DNA from: Phycisphaerae bacterium
Lineage (GTDB): Bacteria > Planctomycetota > Phycisphaerae > SM23-33
NCBI GenBank assembly: GCA_016782885.1
Contig: JADHXQ010000009.1
Span: 276 to 64,275, forward strand
DNA: 64,000 nt
Reading direction: 5' to 3'
Shown: one piece after another, positions 47,146 to 55,915 of the stretch
Layout of the letters: every line of letters begins with the position of its first letter
Numbering within the stretch: position 1 is the stretch's first letter
The notes under the pieces: generated by a model
What the model was told of the DNA's origin: nothing
The model's database searches: none
Seen by the model: only the letters and a program-made list of their open reading frames with translations
Translations under genes and position numbers: made by a program

Positions 47146-49190
47146 CAATGACCGACAAGCACAAACATCTTCCGCGCCTGATAGCCTGGGAAGTGACGCG
47201 ATCGTGCATGCTGGCGTGCAAGCACTGTCGCGCCGCGGCCCGCCCCGAGCCGTACAGCGGCGAACTGTCCACCGAAGAGTGCTTCGCGCTGCTGGACAAC
47301 ATCGCGTCGTTCGCCAGGCCGATCATCATTCTGACCGGCGGCGAGCCGATGCTCCGCCAAGACATCTACGACATCGCCGCCCGCGCCACGTCACTGGACC
47401 TGCCGGTAGTGATGGCGCCCTGCGGAATGCTCGTCGACGATGAATCCGTCGCGAGAATGAAAGATGCGGGCATACGGTGCATCTCGATCTCGCTGGACGG
47501 GGCGACCGCCCAAAGCCACGACGACTTCCGCGGAGTTCGGGGCGCATTCGACGGGGCCATAAAGGGTATCGAAGCAGCCGGACGCGGCGGGCTCGATTTC
47601 CAGATCAACACGACCGTAACCCGCCACAATCGCTCCGAACTTGCCGATATCATGAAGCTGGCGATAGACCTCGGCGCGACGATCTTCAATCCGTTCCTGC
47701 TCGTGCCCACGGGCAGGGGCAAGGATCTTGCCGATCAGGAGCTGTCGCCTGAGCAATACGAAGAGGCGCTCCACTGGCTGGCCGATCGGCGGCTCGCCGG
47801 CGAGATACCGATACGCGTCACCTGCGCGCCGCACTATCAGCGGATCATCCGCCAGAAAGGCGTCGAGCCAGGCGCCAGGCAGGTCAAGGGCTGTATGGGC
47901 GGGCAGAGTTTCGCGTTTATCTCGCACCTGGGCAAGGTGCAGATCTGCGGGTTCCTCGATGTCGAATGCGGTGACGTTCGGGCCGAAGGGCTCGACTTCC
48001 GCAAGATTTGGGAGACCTCGCCGCTGTTCCTGCAGATGCGGGATATCGATTCGTACCACGGGCGGTGCGGGGTCTGCGAGTATCGAAAAGTCTGCGGGGG
48101 CTGCCGCGCCAGGGCCTGCGCGATAAGCGGCGACTACCTCGACGAAGAGCCCTTCTGCACGCATCAGCCCGCGGGCAAACCCGCCAAAACCCCGCCGCGG
48201 CTTGACGATCGGGACAAGGCCCTCATGTCGGTCATCCAGGCGAACTTCCCCGTCGACCGCCGCCCGTTCGAGCGCCTTGCGGCATATCTGGGCGACGACG
48301 CCGAAGATATCGAGCGCCGCGTCAGGCGAATGCGCGGCGACGGGATCATCCGGCGCCTCGGGGCGGTGTTCGATTCGCGCAAGCTGGGCTATGTTTCGAC
48401 GCTGGTGGCTGGGCGAGTCGCCCCCGACCGCGTCGACGAGGCCGCCGCCGAAGTGAGCAAACTCGCCGGCGTGACGCACAACTACCGGCGCGAGCACGCT
48501 TACAATCTCTGGTTTACGCTGACGAGCGAATCGACCGGGCGCCTCGAAGAGGTCCTCGAAGACCTCAGGGGGCGCATAGGGACGAGAGAGCTCCACTCGC
48601 TGCCGGCCCTGAAGGTCTACAAGATACGCGTACACTTCCAGTTCGCCGAATCGTCGGAAGCCATCGATGCCGCGGTCAGCCACGCCCGGGCTTTCACCGC
48701 CCCGCACCAGGCGCCCGCGGCGCCCCTCAGCGATCAGCAAAAGCAGCTCGTCCGACTGCTGCAGGAAAACCTGCCCGATTCGCACAAACCGTTCGACGAA
48801 ATAGCCGATCGGCTCGGATGGTCGGTCGGGCGCGTGCTCGAGCAGATCGAAAACTGGCTGTCGGCCGGTGTCATCAGGCGCCTCGGGGCGGTCGTGCGCC
48901 ATCAGCGCCTGGGCTTCCGGGCGAACGGGATGGCCGTATTTGATGTCCCCGCGGACCGCCAGGACCAGGTTGGCGAGATACTCGCGGGCAGAGCGGAGAT
49001 TTCGCACTGCTATTGTCGCCCGCGGTTGGCGGATTTCCCTTACGGGCTGTTTGCGATGGTGCACGGGCATGATGAACAGTCGGTTCGCGACCTTGTGGCG
49101 AGCCTGGCCGGCGAACTGAAGATCGACAACTACGACGTCCTGTTCTCCAAAACCGAGTACAAGAAGGTCTCGATGAAATATTTTTTATAA
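47142..49190 (+). CDS. radical SAM/SPASM (AhbC/AhbD/NirJ-like) fused to two siroheme-decarboxylase (AhbA/AhbB, NirD/L-like) domains
   Basis: CMLACKHC (CxxxCxxC) and a SPASM-type Cys cluster CGVCEYRKVCGGCRARA. Two Lrp/AsnC-like repeats follow, each with ...GIIRRLGAV(F/V)... (aa ~355-510 and ~520-680). The GTG start overlaps the cobA-hemD stop (GTGA); the alternative is ATG 47148. Confidence 0.75.
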   Translation: MTMTDKHKHLPRLIAWEVTRSCMLACKHCRAAARPEPYSGELSTEECFALLDNIASFARPIIILTGGEPMLRQDIYDIAARATSLDLPVVMAPCGMLVDDESVARMKDAGIRCISISLDGATAQSHDDFRGVRGAFDGAIKGIEAAGRGGLDFQINTTVTRHNRSELADIMKLAIDLGATIFNPFLLVPTGRGKDLADQELSPEQYEEALHWLADRRLAGEIPIRVTCAPHYQRIIRQKGVEPGARQVKGCMGGQSFAFISHLGKVQICGFLDVECGDVRAEGLDFRKIWETSPLFLQMRDIDSYHGRCGVCEYRKVCGGCRARACAISGDYLDEEPFCTHQPAGKPAKTPPRLDDRDKALMSVIQANFPVDRRPFERLAAYLGDDAEDIERRVRRMRGDGIIRRLGAVFDSRKLGYVSTLVAGRVAPDRVDEAAAEVSKLAGVTHNYRREHAYNLWFTLTSESTGRLEEVLEDLRGRIGTRELHSLPALKVYKIRVHFQFAESSEAIDAAVSHARAFTAPHQAPAAPLSDQQKQLVRLLQENLPDSHKPFDEIADRLGWSVGRVLEQIENWLSAGVIRRLGAVVRHQRLGFRANGMAVFDVPADRQDQVGEILAGRAEISHCYCRPRLADFPYGLFAMVHGHDEQSVRDLVASLAGELKIDNYDVLFSKTEYKKVSMKYFL

Positions 49191-49219
49191 TTTTGTAATT
49201 TCGTAATTTTGTAATTCCT
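49188..49219. repeat. tandem octamer array TAATTTTG x4 (imperfect) beginning at a stop codon
   Basis: TAATTTTG TAATTTCG TAATTTTG TAATTCCT. The first TAA is the stop codon of the Ahb fusion gene. The array is followed by GTGATTCGC GTGATTGAC (49222..49239) at the next gene start. Confidence 0.9.
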
Positions 49220-49221
49220 GT

Positions 49222-49854
49222 GTGATTCGCGTGATTGACGAAGGCTATATAAAATTTGAATCCCATTTGCACCAGACCCCGCCGCCGTCGGAATGGGTCG
49301 TCGAGGAGGTCAACACGTGGCGCGACCGCCTCTATGCGCTGGGCTACATCGGGGCGTATGAAGGCGGGATCGGGTACGGTAATATCTCGGTGAAGTCCGA
49401 ACTTACAAATGAGTTCATCGTCACCGGATCGGGCACGGGAACGATACCGATCCTGTTTGCCGACCACTTTACCCGCGTCAGCAGCTTCAGCATCGACGCC
49501 AATTCCGTGGTCTGCGAAGGGCAAATAGACGCGTCGTCGGAATCGATGACGCACGCGGCGGTTTATGCCTGCGCGCCTGACGCCCGGGCGGTTATCCACA
49601 TTCATTCGCGCCCCCATTGGGACAAGCTGCTTGGCAAGGTCCCCACCACCAGCGTGTCGGCCGCATACGGAACACCCGAAATGGCCAGGGAAATCAAGCG
49701 GCTCTTCGACGAAACTGACTTCCGCGAGATTCGCGTAATGGCGATGGCCGGACACGAAGAGGGCATCCTGTCGTTCGGGACGAGCCTCAAATCCGCAGGC
49801 ACGCGACTCATGGACGTGCTCGACGGAAAGTATCCGAATCAGTACGCACAATAA
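49222..49854 (+). CDS. class II aldolase/adducin-domain family protein
   Basis: 210 aa. The GYGNISV...FIVTGSGTG...ESMTHAAVY...VIHIHS layout resembles class II aldolase/MTRu-1-P dehydratase-like proteins. The start is GTG at 49222 or the second GTG at 49231. Confidence 0.55.
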   Translation: MIRVIDEGYIKFESHLHQTPPPSEWVVEEVNTWRDRLYALGYIGAYEGGIGYGNISVKSELTNEFIVTGSGTGTIPILFADHFTRVSSFSIDANSVVCEGQIDASSESMTHAAVYACAPDARAVIHIHSRPHWDKLLGKVPTTSVSAAYGTPEMAREIKRLFDETDFREIRVMAMAGHEEGILSFGTSLKSAGTRLMDVLDGKYPNQYAQ

Positions 49855-49896
49855 GAAGTGATTCCCAAGAAAAATGGAAGAGTGAGAAAACCAGAA

Positions 49897-50017
49897 GGGG
49901 ATTACATGGATTGATGGATTACATGGATTAAAACCCATGGACTGGTCACTTCAGTGAACCAGTGGTTATAAAACCAGAGTCGTTAATCCCCTAATCCTGG
50001 AAATCCATGTAATCCCC
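49897..50017. repeat. 121-nt palindromic element with perfect 16-bp terminal inverted repeats
   Basis: GGGGATTACATGGATT (49897..49912) pairs with AATCCATGTAATCCCC (50002..50017). There is an extra direct copy GGATTACATGGATT at 49916..49929 and an inner imperfect palindrome ACTGGTCACTTCAGTGAACCAGT (49941..49963). Confidence 0.85.
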
Positions 50018-50105
50018 ATCTGTCGTTTGAAGTCAGGAAGGCGTTACTACTATACAATCATTACTGAAGGTAACTTGGACGATCGAAATACCACGAGGTG
50101 ACATC

Positions 50106-51377
50106 ATGATCCAAACAGTCTGGCGAATTATGCTTCTTTCGGCCGTTGTCCTGGCGATCTCGCCGCGACCGCTCCTCAGCGAAGAACCCGCGCCCGCCAC
50201 GGCGCCCAAAGACCCCAAGGTCGTGCTCCTGGGCCTCATCCGCCGCGCCAACGCCCTGGAAAAAGCCCAAAAAGACACCGAAGCGATAGCCGAATACACC
50301 AGGATCGTCAAGCTGGCCTCGGAGGTCTACGGCGCCAAAGCGCACGAGACGGCCACCTTCACCAACAACCTTGCCGCCCTGCATGCAAACACGGGCAAGT
50401 TCGACCTGGCCGAACCGCTCTACCTGCAGAGCATCAAAATAGACGAAGAGGCGCTGGGAAAGGAAGCCCCGTCCGTTGCGGCGACCATGTGCAACCTGGC
50501 GATGATGTACGTCGCGGCGAAGAAACCCGACAAGGCCCTTCCGCTCTACAAACGCAGCCTCTGGATATACCGGGCGAAATTCGGAAGGAAGCACGTCAAA
50601 ACCGCCGCCGTTCTCGATCACATGGGCACCCTGTACTACGAGGAAAAGAAATACAGGGAGGCGGAAACCGCCTTTGTCGAAAGCAGCGAAATACTCGAAG
50701 AAAAAATCGGAAAAGAGCACCCCGCATACGCGATCGTACAGAGCCACCTCGCCGCCGTCTTCGTCGCCACCGGACGGGCCGAAAAGGCCGAAGAACTCTA
50801 CCTGGAAAATATCAAAGTACTCGAAGCAAAGCTGGGCAAAAACCACTGGGAATACGGACGTGCGATCAGCAACCTCGCCGGCGTCTACCGGACCTCACGC
50901 CAGTTCGAAAAGGCAGTCCCCCTACAACTGCAGATCATCAAAATCATCGAAGCCAAATTCGGAAAGGACCACCCGATGGCCGCCGACGAGGTCGGTAACC
51001 TCGCGAGCGTCTATTACCAGATGGGCGAGCACGCCAAGGCCCTCCCGCTCTACCAGCGCAGCCTGAAGATCATCGAAACCAAGCTGGGCAAAAAACACCC
51101 CCTGGTAGCCACCACGCTCAACAACCTGGCGCTGGTCTACTGGGAATTGAAAAAATACAAAGCCGCCGAAGAACTCTACCTCCGGTGCCTGGCGATGGAC
51201 GAAGCGGCTTACGGAAAGGACCATCAGGAAGTGGCGATCACACTCGACAACCTCGCCAAACTCTGCATGACCACCGACAGGTACGACCAGGCCAAAATCT
51301 ACCGCGACCGAAGCCGCAAGATCATGCAAGCCATCCGAAACAAAGCAGAAACAAAACCGGACGACAGTTCCAGGTAG
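50106..51377 (+). CDS. tetratricopeptide repeat protein (TPR_10/12-like), secreted
   Basis: Signal peptide IMLLSAVVLAISP. About eight ~42-aa repeats with the pattern A.....NLA..Y...G....A..LY.....I.E..LGK.HP. Confidence 0.75.
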   Translation: MIQTVWRIMLLSAVVLAISPRPLLSEEPAPATAPKDPKVVLLGLIRRANALEKAQKDTEAIAEYTRIVKLASEVYGAKAHETATFTNNLAALHANTGKFDLAEPLYLQSIKIDEEALGKEAPSVAATMCNLAMMYVAAKKPDKALPLYKRSLWIYRAKFGRKHVKTAAVLDHMGTLYYEEKKYREAETAFVESSEILEEKIGKEHPAYAIVQSHLAAVFVATGRAEKAEELYLENIKVLEAKLGKNHWEYGRAISNLAGVYRTSRQFEKAVPLQLQIIKIIEAKFGKDHPMAADEVGNLASVYYQMGEHAKALPLYQRSLKIIETKLGKKHPLVATTLNNLALVYWELKKYKAAEELYLRCLAMDEAAYGKDHQEVAITLDNLAKLCMTTDRYDQAKIYRDRSRKIMQAIRNKAETKPDDSSR

Positions 51378-51437
51378 ATACCGAAATGAGAATCCCCGCG
51401 ACGGTCGTGGGCCGTCCGGCTGGAAGGAGCGTGTGGC

Positions 51438-53039
51438 GTGAGGCGATCAGGATCCGATCGAGCGGGCGGGCTGTCCCGGCGGAGGTTCCTGCAAACGGCC
51501 GGCGCGGCTGCCGCGGGCGCGGGGCTGCTGCTGGCGGGGTGCGGGAGCGACTCGCCGGCGGGGGATAGGGCGTTATCCAGCAAGGCCTCAGCAGCCAATC
51601 CTGGTAGCAAGCCCAATGTGCTCTTCATTGTCATCGACGACCTCAACGATTGGGTTGGCTGTTTGGGAGGTCACCCGCAGGCCAAGACGCCCAATATCGA
51701 CCGCCTTGCTCGAAGCGGAACTCTTTTCACGCGTGCTTACTGCGCCGCTCCGGCGTGCCTGCCGTCACGCGCAGCCACCATGACCGGGGTCGCGCCTTAC
51801 CGATCGGGATGTTACGCCAACTCGCCGACTCAAACCTGGCAGGACATCCTGCTTCCGAAAGCGGTTCCCCTGCCTGCCCACCTGCGAGCCGGCGGATACG
51901 AGACCGCAGGCGCTGGAAAGATATATCATCACTATCAGAATCATCCGGCTTCGTGGGACGATTTCTGGCCTAGCAAGAACCTGCAGTTTCCGCCCACCCA
52001 TGTACCCGCAAAGGAATACCAGCCGGCGTTCGACAGGAAGCCGCGACCCAAAAACTGGTACATGGATTTCAATTGGGGCCCTCTCGACAAGAGAGTCGAG
52101 GAAACCGGCGACTGGATGAGCATGAAGTTCGTTTCTCAGAAGCTTCAGGAGAAGCGCGACAAGCCCTTTTTTCTCGCTTGCGGCATCTACCGGCCTCACG
52201 TTCCATGGTTCGTTCCGCGGAAGTACTTCGAAATGTTTCCGCTCGATAAGATTCAGTTGCCGCCAAAAAAGGCCGACGACTACGACGACATCCCGAAAGG
52301 CGCCCCGCGAAGTGGGCCTTGCGTTTACTACAAGGTTCTCGACGCCAACGGGTATCACAAGCAGGCGGTGCAGGCCTACCTGGCGAGCATTGCATACGTC
52401 GACGATCTCGTCGGGCGCCTGCTGAAGAATCTCGAAGCGAGCGGTCACGCCGACAACACCATCGTGGTCTTCTCGTCCGATCACGGATGGCACTTCGGCG
52501 AGAAGTTGACCTACCGCAAGTTCACGTTGTGGGAAGAGGCTTGCCGCGTCCCCCTGATCGTCTCGCTGCCGAAAAGTATGCGGGGCGCCTGGCGCCGGGG
52601 AGCCAGTTGCTCGGCAGCGGTCAATCTTCTCGATCTGTACCCGACTCTCGTCGAACTGTGCGGGGTGGGGCCTCCGCGCCAGCGTCTTGACGGCCGCAGC
52701 CTCGCGCCGCTGCTTAAGAACCCCGCGGCGCCGTGGGAGCATGGCTCTATCACGTCACACGGTTTCAAGAACGATTCGCTTCGCACCGAGCGTTGGCGAT
52801 ACACGCGCTATGCCAACGGCGGCGAGGAACTCTACGATCACGACGCCGATCCTTATGAATGGACGAACCTCGCCGATAAGCCTGCTTACGCGGAGGTTCT
52901 TGCAGCTTTGCGTAAACGCCTGCCGCGTGACCACACGCCCATGGTTAAAACAAAGCCCTTCGACTACAGGGCGCATTCAAAAAAATACCACAAAGAGTTC
53001 CGCGAAAAGAAACTCATGGAACGCATCAAGAGGGACTGA
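51438..53039 (+). CDS. formylglycine-dependent sulfatase, Tat/lipoprotein signal
   Basis: GGAAGGAG lies 8 nt upstream of the GTG start. SRRRFLQTAGAAAAGAGLLLAGCGS (twin-arginine signal + lipobox). NVLFIVIDDL, the CLPSR formylglycine motif (AAPACLPSRAATMTG) and FSSDHGWHFGEK. Confidence 0.85.
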   Translation: MRRSGSDRAGGLSRRRFLQTAGAAAAGAGLLLAGCGSDSPAGDRALSSKASAANPGSKPNVLFIVIDDLNDWVGCLGGHPQAKTPNIDRLARSGTLFTRAYCAAPACLPSRAATMTGVAPYRSGCYANSPTQTWQDILLPKAVPLPAHLRAGGYETAGAGKIYHHYQNHPASWDDFWPSKNLQFPPTHVPAKEYQPAFDRKPRPKNWYMDFNWGPLDKRVEETGDWMSMKFVSQKLQEKRDKPFFLACGIYRPHVPWFVPRKYFEMFPLDKIQLPPKKADDYDDIPKGAPRSGPCVYYKVLDANGYHKQAVQAYLASIAYVDDLVGRLLKNLEASGHADNTIVVFSSDHGWHFGEKLTYRKFTLWEEACRVPLIVSLPKSMRGAWRRGASCSAAVNLLDLYPTLVELCGVGPPRQRLDGRSLAPLLKNPAAPWEHGSITSHGFKNDSLRTERWRYTRYANGGEELYDHDADPYEWTNLADKPAYAEVLAALRKRLPRDHTPMVKTKPFDYRAHSKKYHKEFREKKLMERIKRD

Positions 53040-53141
53040 CAAGGAGCACGATCCCGTGCTGCATGACCTGCTCGAAGAAATCCGGGGCCCGATGAAGTGA
53101 CGGGGTGTAACCCGGTTGAGCAAGAAAAGGAACAAAGACAA

Positions 53142-54422
53142 ATGGCAGGAGTAAAGAAGATGAGAAAAACAGCGACGATTTTAATGGCGATCCTTACAGC
53201 GATTTGCTGCAGCAGCGCAATGGCGGCCGGGAAAAAACCGCTGAAGGTTTACATCCTGGTCGGGCAGTCCAATATGCAGGGGCATGCCAAGGTCGAGACG
53301 TTCGACTATATTGGCGACGATCCGAAAACCGCGCCAATGCTCAAGGAAATGCGCGGGCCGGACGGCAAGCCGCGAGTCTGCGAGAAGGTGTGGATATCGT
53401 ATCTGACCGGCTCACGCGACGGAAACGGCGAGGGAATCGGCAAGTTGACTGCCGGATATGGTGCCCGCAAAAACCCATCCGAAGATGGCGGAAAGATCGG
53501 GCCGGAGTTCACGTTCGGAATCTACGCGTCCAAGGCGTATGACGGTTCGATCCTGATCATCAAGACCGCCTGGGGCGGCAAGAGTCTGAACACCGACTTC
53601 CGCCCGCCCAGCGCGGGGCCTTATGTGTTCAATGAAACGGCCCTGGAGGGCCTCAAGAAACGGGGAAAGAACATCGACGAGATCAAGGCCGCCAAGGCGA
53701 AAGCTTCGGGTCGGTACTACAAGTTGATGATCGATCACGTCAAGAAGGTGCTCGCCGATCCCAAGCGCGTCGTGCCGACCTACGACGCCAAGGCCGGCTA
53801 TGAGATCGCCGGTTTCGTCTGGTTCCAGGGCTGGAACGACATGGTCGACGGCGGGACGTATCCCAAGAGGAGAGAGTCGGGCGGCTTTGATCTCTACTCC
53901 AGGCTGCTGGCGCAGTTCATTCGCGACGTGCGCAAGGATTTCGGCGCCTCGAAGATGCCGTTTGTCATCGGGGTGATGGGCGTCGGCGGCGTGAGGGACA
54001 AGCCGGACTATTTCCGTCAGGCGATGGCCGCACCGGCATCATTGGGCGAATTCAAGGGCAATGTCACCGCAGTGGAAACGGCGCCCTACTGGGACAAGCC
54101 CCTGGCGGACCTAGCCGCGGAGATGGGCATCGTCGGCAAGTCGGCCTACTACCTGCGGAAGAAAGAACCTAAGCACATCAGGAAAGACCCGATCGGCGCC
54201 GCGATCCTGGACAAGTACATGGGCAAAGACGGCACGATGACCAATGAGCAGATCAAGGCCTTCGTCAAGGAGTATCGTGCCAGGCGGATCGGCCCCGAGA
54301 AGCAAGCCATGTGGAAACGCGGCGCCTCCAACGCAGGCTACCACTACCTCGGTTGTGCCAAGACCATGTCGCTGATCGGCAAGGCCTTCGCCGAGACCGC
54401 GTTGAAGATGGAGAAGAAGTGA
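53142..54422 (+). CDS. sialate O-acetylesterase-like (DUF303/SGNH) protein
   Basis: Signal peptide ATILMAILTAICCSSAMA and hallmark KVYILVGQSNMQGH. The start is ATG 53142, or alternatively 53160. Confidence 0.7.
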   Translation: MAGVKKMRKTATILMAILTAICCSSAMAAGKKPLKVYILVGQSNMQGHAKVETFDYIGDDPKTAPMLKEMRGPDGKPRVCEKVWISYLTGSRDGNGEGIGKLTAGYGARKNPSEDGGKIGPEFTFGIYASKAYDGSILIIKTAWGGKSLNTDFRPPSAGPYVFNETALEGLKKRGKNIDEIKAAKAKASGRYYKLMIDHVKKVLADPKRVVPTYDAKAGYEIAGFVWFQGWNDMVDGGTYPKRRESGGFDLYSRLLAQFIRDVRKDFGASKMPFVIGVMGVGGVRDKPDYFRQAMAAPASLGEFKGNVTAVETAPYWDKPLADLAAEMGIVGKSAYYLRKKEPKHIRKDPIGAAILDKYMGKDGTMTNEQIKAFVKEYRARRIGPEKQAMWKRGASNAGYHYLGCAKTMSLIGKAFAETALKMEKK

Positions 54423-54506
54423 AGTAGGAAAGCACGCTGAATGAACCGGACACCGCGCGTTGCGGTGCTGCCGAAAGACATCAACCAGTTCCGACCCTTT
54501 TGCATT

Positions 54507-55667
54507 TTACCCGGATTCAAATCCCCATCCGGTTGTGTCCGACCCGCTCGGGTCATCCTTGCAGTTGGGACAACGCGGGAAGGTGTCTCCTTGCCTGAGA
54601 GATATCTTTGGCGGCGTTGCCATTGCCGATGGCGGCGGCATGTACGGGATTCCCATCTTCTTCGCGACATTCTTGAGCAGGGACGCAAGCATACCGTTCG
54701 GACCGCAGTAGAGGCACTTGTACGTTCCGGTCCGCGGAACCTGTTCGCCCGGCGACCAGTTACCCTGCTTTCCCCCGCTCTGGGGAGCATTTGTTGAACC
54801 CGATGCGGAAACTCCGCTCACGAGTGCGGTTACGCATTTTTTCTCTGTCGAGAAAGCATAAGATTTTCCGGTGTCATCGAGAACCCTGCATCCCTGGAGC
54901 TTGCCTCCGCTACCGAGCCGCACACCGAGGTCATAACCGGACACGCCGGACCCCTCAAGGAATCGGAACCGCGGCGGCGCGAAGGACATGATCTGTTGAG
55001 GGAATAACGGATGCGGTTGCCGGCACTGGCGACAGATAACAACGGTGTCTCCCGAAAGGACAATAGCAATCAGTGCTTCCTTTGTCGGCACGTTCGCTTC
55101 GGTTCCGAGATGGATGCGATCCAGAGCAATGCCTCGTGCGGCGACGGCCCGGAGCATTTCACCCATCTCCCCGTCAACCGACTCAGGGGTTATCGGTACC
55201 GGTGATTCGAGCCATTTGATGAAACCGGAGCCTCCATCCTCCATCTGGAACGTCCACTTCTGTGAAGATTCGTCGCGCAGAACCAGCTTTCCGGTGGCGC
55301 CCAGACGAAGCCCCGCTATCAGACCGATGCGAATCTTCCCGAAAACCACCGTCCTGGCAGGCCCGGATGGCCCTCGTTCCGCAATAGCCGCTCGGAAAGA
55401 CCCAATTCTCGAGAAGGTCACTTGTGCATCGAGCGCCTTGTCGAAGTATGTGAAACCATCACTGTCTGCCGGCGGGACCGGCGGGGCGGTAGCGGGCGCG
55501 GCAGATACCGTCTCTCGAACAGCCTGCTCGGAGCCGGCGATGGTAGAGACCTGCCTGGCGCGCACGACGTTTGGTTGCCCACAGACCGGACAGGCCTCTT
55601 CCTGTCCGCCCATGGAATCGGGACTTTCCATGTCTGTCCCACACTTGACGCATTTGTAACTGAGCAT
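54507..55667 (-). CDS. hypothetical protein with N- and C-terminal zinc ribbons
   Basis: AAGGGAG lies 8 nt upstream of ATG 55667. N-terminal YKCVKCG...(14 aa)...CPVCG. C-terminal GTYKCLYCG...FPRCPNC. The central ~300 aa have no recognised family. Confidence 0.5.
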   Translation of the reverse strand: MLSYKCVKCGTDMESPDSMGGQEEACPVCGQPNVVRARQVSTIAGSEQAVRETVSAAPATAPPVPPADSDGFTYFDKALDAQVTFSRIGSFRAAIAERGPSGPARTVVFGKIRIGLIAGLRLGATGKLVLRDESSQKWTFQMEDGGSGFIKWLESPVPITPESVDGEMGEMLRAVAARGIALDRIHLGTEANVPTKEALIAIVLSGDTVVICRQCRQPHPLFPQQIMSFAPPRFRFLEGSGVSGYDLGVRLGSGGKLQGCRVLDDTGKSYAFSTEKKCVTALVSGVSASGSTNAPQSGGKQGNWSPGEQVPRTGTYKCLYCGPNGMLASLLKNVAKKMGIPYMPPPSAMATPPKISLRQGDTFPRCPNCKDDPSGSDTTGWGFESG

Positions 55668-55776
55668 CGCGGAACTCCCTTTCTTACCACTGATATGACA
55701 TTCAATATATCCCTTGGTCTCAGCGTTGATTAGAGATATCGACCGCTATTAAGACATCTCGCGGGCTAACGCGTGC

Positions 55777-55806
55777 ATATTACCAACGGTGAAAAGGCGC
55801 AGTCAA
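55777..55806 (-). promoter_or_regulatory. sigma70-like promoter candidate for the zinc-ribbon gene
   Basis: On the minus strand: TTGACT (55806..55801), an 18-nt spacer, then TAATAT (55782..55777). The -35 lies inside the repeated upstream element. Confidence 0.4.
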
Positions 55807-55915
55807 GGCAATTGCATTCCAGCGCAATCGCATCTAGCATTGTCGGGTATCGGACGGTTTGGAGGATCGACACAAAGACTCAGAGACTCAGAGGCTCAGA
55901 GAACGGCGAACGACG
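55801..55915. repeat. ~115-nt upstream element, copy 1 (paralog of 60009..60136)
   Basis: The 31-nt block TCTAGCATTGTCGGGTATCGGACGGTTTGGA (55833..55863) is 29/31 identical to 60047..60077. The tail GAGGCTCAGAGAACGGCGAACGACG is 20/25 identical to 60112..60136. The element also contains GACTCAGA x3 (55877..55900). Confidence 0.85.

Noticed and set aside
54508-54535. tRNA T-arm-like string GGATTCAAATCCCC.
   Set aside because: It lies inside the C-terminal coding region of the zinc-ribbon gene. No acceptor or anticodon arms can be drawn around it.
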